DNA of 37,480 nucleotides from Octopus bimaculoides (GCF_001194135.2 NC_068992.1:3461748-3499227); one strand, 5' to 3'; positions 1 to 10,637 are shown, numbered from the stretch's first letter. The notes: generated by a model from the sequence alone, not told the origin. Numbers and translations: made by a program.

Positions 1-55
1 ATATATGTATATATATATATATATACACACGCGCACTCACACATATGTAATGTAT

Positions 56-105
<50 letters not shown>

Positions 106-200
106 GCATCTATATGTGTTTGTGCATGTGATGAGGATGAATTATTAGACATATAAATACACACACATACACACACGCAAACACACACACATACACGTAT
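1..200. repeat. Compound (TA)n/(CA)n microsatellite
   Basis: Directly visible dinucleotide runs. Confidence 0.95.
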
Positions 201-475
201 ACACACGTGCATTTTGTTCTTTTTACTTTTTCTCATAAAAAAAATACGAAATCTGTAGTAGAAATATGTAGTTGGATGTATGTGTATGCGTGTGTGCACG
301 CATGCGTACGCATGCGCGCGCGCGCGTGTATATGGTAATTTCAAGTTTATATAACCACACACGATTGCAGACGTCACGCACATTGCTATCTTATGAAACG
401 GTTGAGTAACAAGGCTGCATGGATTTTCAATCCTAGTTACCTCACACACACGCACACACACACATATAGAAAACG

Positions 476-520
<45 letters not shown>

Positions 521-669
521 TGTGTGTGTGTGTGAAAGAGTGGGCGCGTGCTGGTTCACTTGAAGAAATAACTGCAACTTAAGCCAGTGCTAAAACGAGA
601 ATAAAGAAAAGTCTCATAGATTTATTATAAAGTAATTAATTTCTGTAATTCGGTGCTGAGAGTTTTGGA

Positions 670-792
670 AGTATGTATATAGGTACGTAAGTGTGTGTGT
701 ATGTATGTATGTATGTATGTATGTGCATTTGTGTGTATAACGGCAGAGAGAGAAAGAGGATATGTATGTCGATATGTGTGTGTGTATGTATG

Positions 793-842
<50 letters not shown>

Positions 843-862
843 CACACACACACACACACATA
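670..862. repeat. Compound (TATG)n/(TA)n/(CA)n microsatellite
   Basis: Visible; it produces the spurious YIYI/CVCV ORFs at 614-923. Confidence 0.95.
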
Positions 863-870
863 GATATGTT

Positions 871-1277
871 CGTTTTTTTCTTTTATTTGTTTTAGTCATT
901 TGATTGCGGCCATGCTGGAGCACCGCCTTTAGTCGAACAAATCGACCCCACGACTTATTTTTTGTAAGCCTAGTACTTTTTCTATCGGAATCTTTTGCCG
1001 AACAGCTAGGTTACGGGGACGTGAACACACCAACACCGGTTGTCAAACGATGATGGGGGGACAAACACAGACGCACAAGCATACAAACACACGCACACAC
1101 ATACATATATATATGACGGGCTTCTTTCAGTTTCCGTCTACGAAATCCATTCACAAGGCTTTGGTCGGCTCGAAGCTATAGTAGAAGACACTTGCCCAAG
1201 GTGCCACGCAGTGGGACTGAACCCGGAACCATGTGGTTGGTAAGCAAGCTACTTACCACACTGTCATTCCTGCGCCT
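871..1277 (-). mobile_element. tRNA-derived SINE, family A (CORE-like centre, internal CA/TA microsatellite), near full length
   Basis: Minus strand: head AGGCGCAGGAATGACAGTGTGG (degenerate A-box), B-box-like GGTTCAGTCCC (1213-1223), CORE-like CACCTTGGGCAAGTGTCTT, 3' part ...GCTCCAGCATGGCCGCAATCAAATGACTAAAAC. Homologous copies at 5997, 10031, 11878, 16974 and 18256. Confidence 0.85.
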
Positions 1278-1282
1278 ATATA

Positions 1283-1750
1283 NNNNNNNNNNNNNNNNNN
1301 NNNNNNNNNNNNNNNNNNNNNNNNNNNNNNNNNNNNNNNNNNNNNNNNNNNNNNNNNNNNNNNNNNNNNNNNNNNNNNNNNNNNNNNNNNNNNNNNNNNN
1401 NNNNNNNNNNNNNNNNNNNNNNNNNNNNNNNNNNNNNNNNNNNNNNNNNNNNNNNNNNNNNNNNNNNNNNNNNNNNNNNNNNNNNNNNNNNNNNNNNNNN
1501 NNNNNNNNNNNNNNNNNNNNNNNNNNNNNNNNNNNNNNNNNNNNNNNNNNNNNNNNNNNNNNNNNNNNNNNNNNNNNNNNNNNNNNNNNNNNNNNNNNNN
1601 NNNNNNNNNNNNNNNNNNNNNNNNNNNNNNNNNNNNNNNNNNNNNNNNNNNNNNNNNNNNNNNNNNNNNNNNNNNNNNNNNNNNNNNNNNNNNNNNNNNN
1701 NNNNNNNNNNNNNNNNNNNNNNNNNNNNNNNNNNNNNNNNNNNNNNNNNN
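1283..1750. other. Assembly gap (468 N)
   Basis: N-run. Confidence 1.
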
Positions 1751-1804
<54 letters not shown>

Positions 1805-2066
1805 GCCTTTGCATAACTTCTAATGATGGAGATGTACTACGGTGTCAACTCTTCACTACCAGTGAACTAAGGTAATACCCCTTATTTTTCAAGCACCTTC
1901 CGAAGAATTTGAGCGGTTCCAAGCAGTGCTCCACCCTTATTGCAGCCCCTATTTGTTCCACGTACTTCTCGAGATTTTTACTCACTGTTCCCAGGGCTCC
2001 AACAATTATTGGTGTTACTACAACCTTTTCCATCGACCACAACTGCTTAACTTCCCAAGCTAACGA
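1751..2066 (-). mobile_element. 3' end of R4/Dong-like (restriction-like endonuclease) non-LTR retrotransposon with (TAA)n tail
   Basis: Minus translation LAWEVKQLWSMEKVVVTPIIVGALGTVSKNLEKYVEQIGAAIRVEH, then in a shifted frame LLGTAQILRKVLEK*, a short 3' UTR and (TAA)n at 1751-1804. Matches the recalled R4-clade C-terminus (L.WE...LW...V.V.P.V.GALG...). Homologous to 33205-33500. Confidence 0.8.
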
Positions 2067-2280
2067 ATCATTAAAGACGTGTTGAAGAATTTTCTTTGTC
2101 TTCTTCATATCACCTGATATTTAGTTACTCTTCGCCAACGCCAAACCGACTTTACTGAGTGATCGTTGTGAAGCTTAGATTTCCTACACCTGAGGAATTC
2201 CGGCTTTGGCCTGGGATCCAGGAGTGTGGATAACCCTGTATTCACGTTGAGTGCTTCTCTGGAAACACTCTCATATATTG

Positions 2281-2314
<34 letters not shown>

Positions 2315-3639
2315 ATGATAATAATACAAATAATATGTGAGTATATGCATATATACGTACCTGTATGTACATACCTACACCTACATGTATATACAGATGC
2401 ATATCTGGGTACAGAACGTTGCAAAATAACGTGGACAAAATGAGAAACAGAACATAAACAGAGCACAGAAAACACACAGGCCACATAGAGAACATTTCCT
2501 TCATCAGCTGCCACCATTCTAAAACTTAGCGTTTTGAAGAACAGAAGCAACACACACATACACACACGCATACATACATACATACAAAGACAAAAGCACA
2601 CATATATGCATAGATATAGAAGCACACACGCGCGCACGCGCGCACACACACGCACACGCACACACAGACACACACACGCACACACACACACACACACGAA
2701 CACACAAGCGTAAGCAGTAAGCACTACATGGACTCCCCTCATCTGTGACATATATCACATCAACAATGATCGTATATTGCCACACACGATTCTGTTGAAC
2801 TCGACAGATGTCGGCTGCTTCAGTGAAACTTTTCTATTCATCATTTCGCGCCTTTTCTCTCTCCCCACTTTGTGTGTCTGTCTCATTTTCTCTGTCCCTC
2901 TGTCCCTCTGTCCCTCTGTCCTTCCCCTTCTCTATCCCAACATACATTCCTTATCATTAATTTTAATCCTTAGTACTTCCCTTGAAATGTAGGTCGTTCT
3001 CTGGTTCCCATGAATGCGTTTTTTACGCCCTTATTTTAACTCTCACTCCGTCTCATTCTCTCTTCTTCTCCATCTCACTCACCCTCTCGCTCACTCACTC
3101 ACTCATTCCTTTGACCTCTGTCTGTCTCTCTTTTTGTCACTAGACTATTTCACCCTCTTTCATTCATACAGGCGCTCGTCTGTATACTTATCACAAGTCC
3201 ACACAGCAACAGTGCGGCCCAATCATTTTGACAACACTGTAAATCAAGCACTACGCACGCACACACACACACATACACACACACAGAGGCACACACAGGC
3301 ACGCACTCACATACGCACACTGACTCCCTCTCAAACACAGAGGCACATACACGCTCACTCACTCACTCAAATTCACACAGACGTGCGTGTGTATTAGATG
3401 TCTAAGTGTATGTTGTATGTTGTATTATTAGGTACACATCTACCCAGCTTGAGAAACAGATTGAGAATCGGGAAACAGAGAAGTCAGACTTGCAATATGT
3501 GAGGTTTCAGCTTCCAATAAACTTTACGACGTAAATACACTCATATCCATACATACCCATACACACATACATACGAGTACACATACATGCATACACACAC
3601 ACACACACATACATACATCCCCCACCACCTCCTCTTCCG

Positions 3640-3825
3640 GTCTTTTCACAATGTAACCTCGTGGGCATCGGTACCATTTTCCTCTTTCTCCGTTCTTCCA
3701 TTCTCCGAACTTTCCATCTTTCCGACGAAGGGCTACGCCCGAAACGTCATACACTCTCTCTTTCCTTTCCTGAGCGTCCAATAACACTATCCGTATCACG
3801 TCCTCACTTTGTTGTTTTTTTGAAC
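3640..3825 (+). mobile_element. Non-autonomous repeat unit with a hammerhead-like core (Penelope pseudo-LTR-like), family C
   Basis: Homologous to both arms of the 9071-9433 foldback (shared TTTCCGACGAAG..GAAACGTCA and CTGAGCGTC..CACGTCCTC). Confidence 0.65.
3719..3751 (+). ncRNA. Minimal hammerhead-ribozyme-like motif (variant core)
   Basis: CCGACGA-A-GGGC-TAC-GCCC-GAAAC-GTC: perfect 4-bp stem II, GAAA, palindromic ACGT and a GUC triplet. U4 is C and stem I is weak. Confidence 0.45.
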
Positions 3826-3829
3826 CTAT

Positions 3830-3900
3830 ATATATATGTATGTATATGTATATGTATGTATATGTATATGTATATGTATGTATATGTATATGTATATATA
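3830..3900. repeat. (TATATG)n-like microsatellite
   Basis: Visible. Confidence 0.9.
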
Positions 3901-3959
3901 CACGGAACTTACGTATGTACACATATACACAAACATATTGCTTACCGACCAAATGGTTC

Positions 3960-4108
3960 NNNNNNNNNNNNNNNNNNNNNNNNNNNNNNNNNNNNNNNNN
4001 NNNNNNNNNNNNNNNNNNNNNNNNNNNNNNNNNNNNNNNNNNNNNNNNNNNNNNNNNNNNNNNNNNNNNNNNNNNNNNNNNNNNNNNNNNNNNNNNNNNN
4101 NNNNNNNN
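3960..4108. other. Assembly gap (149 N)
   Basis: N-run. Flanked by a family A head fragment (3940-3959) and a family A body fragment (4225-4265), so one SINE may span it. Confidence 1.
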
Positions 4109-4133
4109 ATATATATATATATATTTATATATA

Positions 4134-4169
<36 letters not shown>

Positions 4170-4392
4170 TGTATGTATGTATATATGTATGTACGTGTGT
4201 GTGTGTGCGCGCGTGTATGTGTGTGTCTGTGTTTGTCCCCCCAGTATCGCTTGACATTGGTGTGTCTTGCAATCTTTTTAATACTCGTTGATTCTGTTCG
4301 TTATCTGAGCTGCGTTCCTTCTGTTTGTTTGTGCGCATGTCTGTGGGTGAGTGTGCATGTGGATGTACATATGTATGTATGTATGTGTAGGT

Positions 4393-4600
4393 GGAGGCGC
4401 AATGGCCCAGTGGTTAGGGCAGCGGACTCGCGGTCATAGGATCGCGGTTTCGATTCCCAGACCGGGCGTTGTGAGTGTTTATTGAGCGTAAACACCTAAA
4501 ACTCCACGAGGCTCCGGCAGGGGATGGTGGCGAACCCTGCTGTACTCTTTCACCACAACTTTCTCTCACTCTTCCTGTTTCTGTTGTGCCTGTAATTAAA
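4393..4600 (+). mobile_element. tRNA-derived SINE (family D), 3'-truncated
   Basis: A-box TGGCCCAGTGG (4403-4413), B-box GTTTCGATTCC (4447-4457), followed by a non-tRNA body. Ends in CCTGTAATTAAA, resembling CCTGTATTTCAAA at about 36100. Confidence 0.75.
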
Positions 4601-4699
4601 TCTACCACCTAAGTGGGCGATGGCAGGATTAAAACTTGGAACGTAAAGAGCCGGAGCAGAAACCGCATTCAGTCCGACTTTCTTACATTTCCGCCAGGT

Positions 4700-4847
4700 C
4701 ACCATCTTAGATTGGTACATTTGTAATTGACTCAGAAAGGATGAAAAACGAAGATGACCTCGGCGCGATTTGAACTCAGAGTGCAGATGATCGGCACAAT
4801 TCTCGCAACATTCTATTCGACGTTCTAGTGACTCTGCCAGTTCGCCG
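4700..4847 (-). mobile_element. tRNA-derived SINE family B, degenerate partial copy
   Basis: GAAAGGATGAAA..GACCTCGGCG.GATTTGAACTCAGA..CTGCCAGTTCGCCG aligns with the 12250-12461 copy. Confidence 0.7.
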
Positions 4848-4930
4848 ACCGGATTGCTATGAGAACAATGCATCCACTGTTTCTAATCATTGCTTCTCAG
4901 TTAGGCACACGGCCAACAAATTTGCGGAAA

Positions 4931-5150
4931 GGCAGCCAGCTGGGAGAACCGTTAGCATATAGGGCAAAATGCTTAGCGGTATTTCCTCTCGCAGAACGTT
5001 CTGAATTCGAATTCCAGCGAGGTCAACTTTACCTTTCATTCTTATTGGGTAAAAGAAATCATAAAGTACCCGTCAAGTACTGAGGTCGATGACATACATT
5101 AATCCCATCCTTTTAAAATTAGTGGTCTTGAACCAAAATCTAAAACAATG
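4931..5150 (+). mobile_element. tRNA-derived SINE family B, degenerate
   Basis: GGCAGCCAGCTGG..AAATGCTTAGCGGTATTT..GAGGTCAACTTTACCTTTCAT..AAGTACC; reverse complement of the 12250-12461 type. Confidence 0.75.
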
Positions 5151-5589
5151 AATTAAAATATCAGCTTTTTGTACCTTAAAATAATCAGATTTTAAGCGAC
5201 CCAACAAACTCCTTTCAATACGAGACATGTGACGTTAATGGAGTTGAACTCCGTTTCTAGCCTCCAGAAGTGAAAAGTCTTTCCCAAAACGCCAATGGAG
5301 ATTTGATGTCAAAAGATGCAAACACATTCGACGGGGATTTTTCCCGGACGAAAAACCGCAGCTTACGGCATTTAAATAGCACACGTATGTTGTATTGGTA
5401 ATATTAACTATTATATCAAGCGCCAATGAACGAGTGAATGTAATATCGTGGGATTGCCATAGACACAGAGACTTATAAAAGTATGCACACACACACACAC
5501 ACACACAGATGCACACACAAGTGTACACATTTGCCAAACTAAACGTTTCTATAGAACTCTTTATGCAATGTAAGTCAGTGTTTATGTCT

Positions 5590-5594
<5 letters not shown>

Positions 5595-5668
<74 letters not shown>
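5595..5668. repeat. (GT)n microsatellite
   Basis: Visible. Confidence 0.95.
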
Positions 5669-5670
<2 letters not shown>

Positions 5671-5996
5671 GTGAACGTGTGTTTGAATGTATCTTATGTT
5701 TACGTGCTTGCGTATTATATTTCCATCTAATATTGACAACCAGCATATTCAAATCATAGACAAAGCTCATACAAAAGATTGCCTACGAAACTATTCCTGG
5801 AATTTATATAGCATTTGTCTTAGAGTTCCACATGCTTTGATGGAGTAACAATTCTGTTCATTTCTCTGCCAAAAGTAGGCCATTTTTGTTATAAGACGAG
5901 GCACGTCTCACTCCCACCTTTTTATATATGCTTATGTGTGAGTGGGTCTTTGTGTGAACGATACTAACCTGGTGTTGTATATTCTTTTATAATATA

Positions 5997-6105
5997 GCCC
6001 GAGGCTATATTAGAAGAGACTTGCCCAAGCTGTCACATAGTAGGACTGAACCCAGAAGTATGTGGCTGGGAAGCAAGCTTCTTACCACACGGCCGCTCCT
6101 GCGAT
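5997..6105 (-). mobile_element. SINE family A, 5' fragment
   Basis: GAGACTTGCCCAAG..GGACTGAACCCAGAA..GCAAGCTTCTTACCACAC..CTCCTGCG is homologous to 1180-1277. Confidence 0.8.
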
Positions 6106-6317
6106 TCCATCCTATATATATTATATATGTATTAATATATGTAGGTATATATATATATGTATGTATATATATATATATATATNNNNNNNNNNNNNNNNNN
6201 NNATATATAATGCACACACATTATGTAGGTGTGTATCTCTCTGTCTCCCTCTGTCTCTTTCTCTATGGATGATGTATATGTATTTATGTATGCATTTATG
6301 TGTATGCATATATGTTA

Positions 6318-6357
<40 letters not shown>

Positions 6358-6364
6358 CCAATTC

Positions 6365-7640
6365 ACGATCTGAAATGTTTTCAGTCTTCCCTTCTTCCAC
6401 TTACCGCAAGTTTGACAAATGTTTAAAGTCTCTACGTGCCAGTTTAAATTTAAGTACGCCTAGTTTGACTTCGAAGTTCATTAAGATTGTCTCCGCCTGA
6501 ATAACTAAAACATCTTCACCTTGAAAACGCTTCGGTACTGCATTAAAATTTCGAATAAAGATCTGACAAATCGCACGGATGCTTCCTATACCTGCCAGCT
6601 CGTTACACAGTGATGATCCAGCATAGGCAAAAGATGTCATCTCTTGACAATCATCTTACCTCTGCAAAACTTTGCAGACAGTTGTGAATCGGAAGGATAT
6701 GCTTTAATTTGATTGGTTGACTATCAAATCAACATGGAGGTGATGTCTTGTGCAACACACGGTGAACAGTATGTACATTGGGAATATTTTTCTTGTGCAT
6801 GGTAGCAAATCATCTCTAATAACGAACAATATCTGGTGCACAACCGTTAGCAACTTCTGTAATATTCCAGAGAACATCGCATTTCTTTTAATTCTTTTCC
6901 AAACAATGAAAAGCTGTTTCACTGTTCACATCTTCTTGAAGCTGTTTCGCTATTCACATCAAACAAAAATTTGCCTTTTATGTACAATGGTGCACAAATA
7001 ACAACGACTTCGACTGCATTATCTCACATATGCCAGAAGAATATCTAAACTAACGGAAAGTTGACTCATCGTTTTGGACTGAAAGATCGTTTTGTTGAAA
7101 CTCAGATACTAACGCTTTCTCCGCAATATCAGTCATTTCATCATTACGTCGTTGCGTTGTATTTTCTCTAAATCGCATGTATTTTAGAACAGACTGAGAA
7201 CCTTTCTTTATAATAATCTCAGTTACATCTCTAATTACTGGTATGATTCTCTCTAATTACTGGTATGATTCTCTCTAATTACTGGTATGCTTCTCATCAA
7301 TGTCATACGATTATCATTTCTTTACAATACTAACGGAGTCCTTCTTCATTATCAACACTGGTGGAGGCTTTAAAAAATGTCTTTAGATATAATCGATTTC
7401 TAAAGATTTTTTTTATTCATCTCTCTAGAAAATCAAGATCTCTATTTTACTCAGCAGAGAGAACCCTTTCGAGGTAGTCTTTCATCATTAGAGATTTCTT
7501 AGCATTATAATATCAAGGCGTTTCATATAGCAAGTTCATAGGTCCTGTTGAATTAGTAAGCGAAGATAAGGGTCCAAATTTCAAATACTTCTTCAAATAT
7601 CATCTTTGCTTCTTAGTAATATCAACTAATGCAACTGATG
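6365..7640 (-). mobile_element. hAT (Buster/Charlie; ZBED8/SCAND3/FAM200-like) transposase fossil, 3'-truncated, with many stops and frameshifts
   Basis: Collinear motifs on the minus strand: KKQR*YLKKYLKFG (N-terminal zinc-finger region), MKDYLERV, EEGLR, NTTQRRNDEM, SVQNDEST (first catalytic D, cf. LQLDEST), ILLAYVR, NITEVANGCAPDIVRY (cf. ATDGAPSMVGRY), NIPNVHTVHRVLH (cf. CxxH), QIKAYP, LSDLYSKFNAV..RFQGEDV..IQA..NFEVKLG..K.KLARRDF. Confidence 0.85.
7229..7294. repeat. 22-bp tandem triplication inside the hAT fossil
   Basis: CTCTAATTACTGGTATGATTCT x3 (third copy has one mismatch). Confidence 0.95.
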
Positions 7641-8868
7641 CGTATTTTAAAAATTTTGCTCGTTTACACATTAAGTTTACTGGTTCCTCTCTCATAGCTA
7701 CGGGTGTTGAGTATTTGTTGATAGTCACTAGACTACTGCGTCCCAACATCATGGCTTAGCACAGAATATGACCCAGTTGTGACTTTCATCCTCGCAGTGT
7801 CACAACCAAAATTTTCACTGAATTCTAGAAAATGAAACTAAGGCTAAACCATGTTACAAGACTACAATGCTCATAACCTATTTATTGAAGACAAAAACAA
7901 AAACCAGAGAGAATATGAATAAAGCCAAAGTCAATTCATTTCTGTGGAAACAAAAATTACGCACGTTTTACTGTCTTGTGATTCCAACTAATTATACAAT
8001 TTTACCTAATAACATCTAATTTATTATGTTCTAAGAAACAATATGGAATAGACAATAGAAACTAATTATATATAAATCAGAAATCTGTATCGACAAATTG
8101 CATTTCATTCTGTTATTTTATGTTTTTCCCCCACTAAATTGCTTTCGTGAACGTCAGCTTTCGACTGCAAAATTTCACTCGACTCCTTTTCAACGTTCCG
8201 ATATTTACTGACACCTAAAAGTAGTCTTATCGATCTAAGGATCGGTATAAACCATTCTGGGGACCTTTACTCTGAACTCCTTTTTTTTTTTTTTACAGAA
8301 TACTTTAGTGGATTTTAGTTAACGATTCAACTGTCTTATATTTTAAAATTATATCTGATGATCCAATTAAATTTACACTTGTTCATACATTTTGTGCTAG
8401 TTTTCTACACACAAACAGAAGGTGCTTGAATCTATGATAACTGGCACAAAAGACCAGAGAAACTTCAGCCAATTGGCTGACTTGAAAGGTCCTGGGAGAG
8501 AGAGGGACCGTTGAATTACATGTGATTATGTGTTGGGCAGTTGTAGTGAGATAACAGCCGATTGTTCCCTTCCTAGTATTTAGTCGTGTCTATGTTTGAA
8601 ATCAATAAGCACCAGACAAGAATTGAGATCAATTTAATCGATTGGTCCCTGCCGAATATTTAATCTTGTGTGTATGTCTGAAATCAATATTTTCTCATTC
8701 ATCTAGGCCTTTATATTATATTTTCATGTCTATCAATTTACTTTACGATACTTATTTGTTACAATCTGTAAATCTCTTTAATAATTCACCAATACACTTT
8801 CTTCTTAATTCGTCTTTTGTTTTCAACAATTTCCTTTCAAGTCAAAGGCATTCAAATTTAGAGTAGCA

Positions 8869-8977
8869 CAGTGGAGTCTCGATATACGAACATAATTCGG
8901 AAACTTGTTCATTAACCAAATTGTCTGTTACACGAGTTATTGAAATGCATATAAATAGGAGTAATCCGTTCCAAGCC
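8869..8977 (+). mobile_element. Tigger/pogo-like DNA transposon 5' end (fragment)
   Basis: CAGTGGAGTCTCGATATACGAAC..TAATTCG..TTGTTC..AACCAAA..ATTGAAATG..TAATCCGTTCCA resembles recalled Tigger terminal and subterminal sequence. The TA target site is not preserved. Confidence 0.45.
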
Positions 8978-9173
8978 ACACTTAAACTCGACATAAAAGA
9001 ATAAGATGATGTGATATTTGTCCATCAGTTAATAGCACACACACACACGTATATATATNNNNNNNNNNAAACAATCAATTCAAATAGATGAATAATCAAA
9101 TTAACAGTGACAGACAGCGAGAAGAGGGGCACAAGAAAAGTTTTACTTTGACGCTCAGTAAAAGAAGATAGTT

Positions 9174-9207
9174 TTTGACGTTTTGAGCAAAGGCTCTTCG
9201 TCGGAAA
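9174..9207 (-). ncRNA. Degenerate hammerhead-like motif (left arm)
   Basis: TTT-CCGACGA-A-GAGC-CTTT-GCTC-AAAAC-GTC-AAA; G12 is mutated to A. Confidence 0.35.
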
Positions 9208-9295
9208 GAAGAAAGGGAAAAGTGCACTTCAGCAATGTAACAACACACGAACTGCTGGCGATTTCTTTTCTTTCTTTGGACTTTTCCCTTTCTCC

Positions 9296-9328
9296 TTTCC
9301 TACGAAGAGCCATACTTGAAACGTCAAA
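9296..9328 (+). ncRNA. Degenerate hammerhead-like motif (right arm)
   Basis: TTT-CCTACGA-A-GAGC-CAT-ACTT-GAAAC-GTC-AAA; G5 and stem II are decayed. Confidence 0.35.
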
Positions 9329-9563
9329 AACATTCTCTTTTTACTCAGCGTCAAACTAATACATTCCTCGTGCACGTCCTCTAGTTATCTGTTATTATTA
9401 ATTTTATTATTCGTTTTATTTGAACTGACTATTTACCGCACGCTCACACTCACCCTCCACATCCTCCCCTCTGATTTGGTGTTTCTGATCCATGGATTTT
9501 CTTACTCTGCCCTTGGATTATATTACCCTTAAATTCCTTCGGAGTACGTCGTTTCTGCACCTT

Positions 9564-9565
<2 letters not shown>

Positions 9566-9628
<63 letters not shown>

Positions 9629-9650
9629 ATATATATATATATATATATAT
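9566..9650. repeat. (GAT)n + (TA)n microsatellite
   Basis: Visible; source of the poly-M/poly-S ORFs. Confidence 0.95.
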
Positions 9651-10030
9651 ACACGCATGTCAGTGTGCGTGAGAATGTAAGTATAAGCTCATTTGTATAA
9701 ATATGAGTGAACATGACGTCAACTAATTATAAGATGGCCACGTGATCTTGCTATGATGTTATATATTTTCCGTTTTATATCGTTTATATTCATTGCATAT
9801 AATGTTTTTGTGTCACTGTTCGAATGTAAAATTCTACTCATTTATTCTAACAAAACAATGTTGAACATTAGTATATATATATATGTATCTATATATTAAA
9901 AGAAGCACGTGATGGGCGTAGAATGAGCAGAATAGGTAATAAAAATTAATTAAGTAGAATCGCAACAAAAAACACCTCATCATTATGAAACAATATGCAA
10001 AATATTTGAGTGCCAGAAAATATTCACTTA

Positions 10031-10386
10031 TATTTTTTTTATTTGTTTCAGTCATTTGATTGCGGCCATACTGGAGCAACGCCTTTAGTCGAACAAATCG
10101 ACCACAGGGCTTATTCTTTGTAAGCCTAGTACGTATTCTATCCGATATTTTGCCGAACCGCTAAGTTACGGGATGTAAACACAGCAACATCAGTTGTCAA
10201 GCAATGGTAGAGGGACAAACATAGATACAAGCATATATATATATACAACGGGCTTCTTTCAGTTTCCGTCTATCAAATCCACTCACAAGGCTTTGATTGA
10301 GGCTATATGGTGTCACGCAGAGGGACTGACTCCGGAATTATGTGGCTGGTAAGCAAACTGCTTACCGTACAGCCACTCCTGCACCT
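10031..10386 (-). mobile_element. SINE family A, near full length with an internal deletion
   Basis: Collinear with 871-1277 but lacks most of the CORE-like segment. Confidence 0.85.
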
Positions 10387-10524
10387 ATGTGCATGTATGT
10401 ATGTATGTATGTATGTGTAAAAGAATAAAGGAATACACACATACACACACACAGACGCACACACATACACATATGCACGCTCGCACACAAACGCACGCGC
10501 GCACACACACATTCATATGGTATG

Positions 10525-10557
<33 letters not shown>

Positions 10558-10637
10558 CATGTATGTGTATATGTGTGTGTATATATATCCAAGAGTTAAG
10601 CAATAAAGTAGATAAAGTCTGGGCTACGTATGTTTAA

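Larger units (their letters stand above)
9071..9433. mobile_element. Foldback element: about 150-bp inverted arms (9071-9223, 9280-9433) with a 56-bp spacer, family C
   Basis: The reverse complement of the left arm aligns end-to-end with the right arm (about 75-80% by eye). Each arm has a hammerhead-like core. Confidence 0.85.

Noticed and set aside
614-923. Overlapping ORFs rich in YI/CV/HT repeats (and similar ORFs throughout the window)
   Set aside because: They are translations of dinucleotide and tetranucleotide microsatellites.
1192-1875. Long ORFs of 170-426 aa spanning X runs (also 3.7-4.4, 13.3-14.6, 19.4-20.2, 24.7-25.6 and 27.2-28.4 kb)
   Set aside because: Their length comes from N-gaps, which contain no stop codons.
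2491-2540. Minus-strand CTGATGAAGG with TTC-AAAAC about 30 nt upstream (permuted hammerhead?)
   Set aside because: GAAA is mutated and I could not build stems I or III; kept only as a lead.
2720-2830. Plus-frame peptide INNDRILPHTILLNSTD, resembling receptor amino-terminal domains (IN...ILP.T.L)
   Set aside because: No usable splice acceptor or donor, the frame runs into a pyrimidine-rich low-complexity tract, and the similarity is short.
3172-3238. Strong acceptor (CTCTTTCATTCATACAG|G) with an open frame RSSVYLSQVHTATVRPNHFDNT
   Set aside because: The donor is weak (GTAAAT), the pyrimidine tract is part of a CT-rich repeat, and there is no recognisable homology.
4393-4468. tRNA-like sequence as a real tRNA gene
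   Set aside because: A- and B-boxes are present, but the acceptor and anticodon stems do not pair properly and it continues into a SINE body.
6401-6410. Minus-strand GTAAGT donors at 6404 and about 6659
   Set aside because: They fall inside the hAT fossil, whose homology runs through them.
7229-7294. Short direct repeats as CRISPR-like arrays (also 14982-15045)
   Set aside because: Contiguous tandem copies without spacers, in a eukaryotic context with no cas genes.
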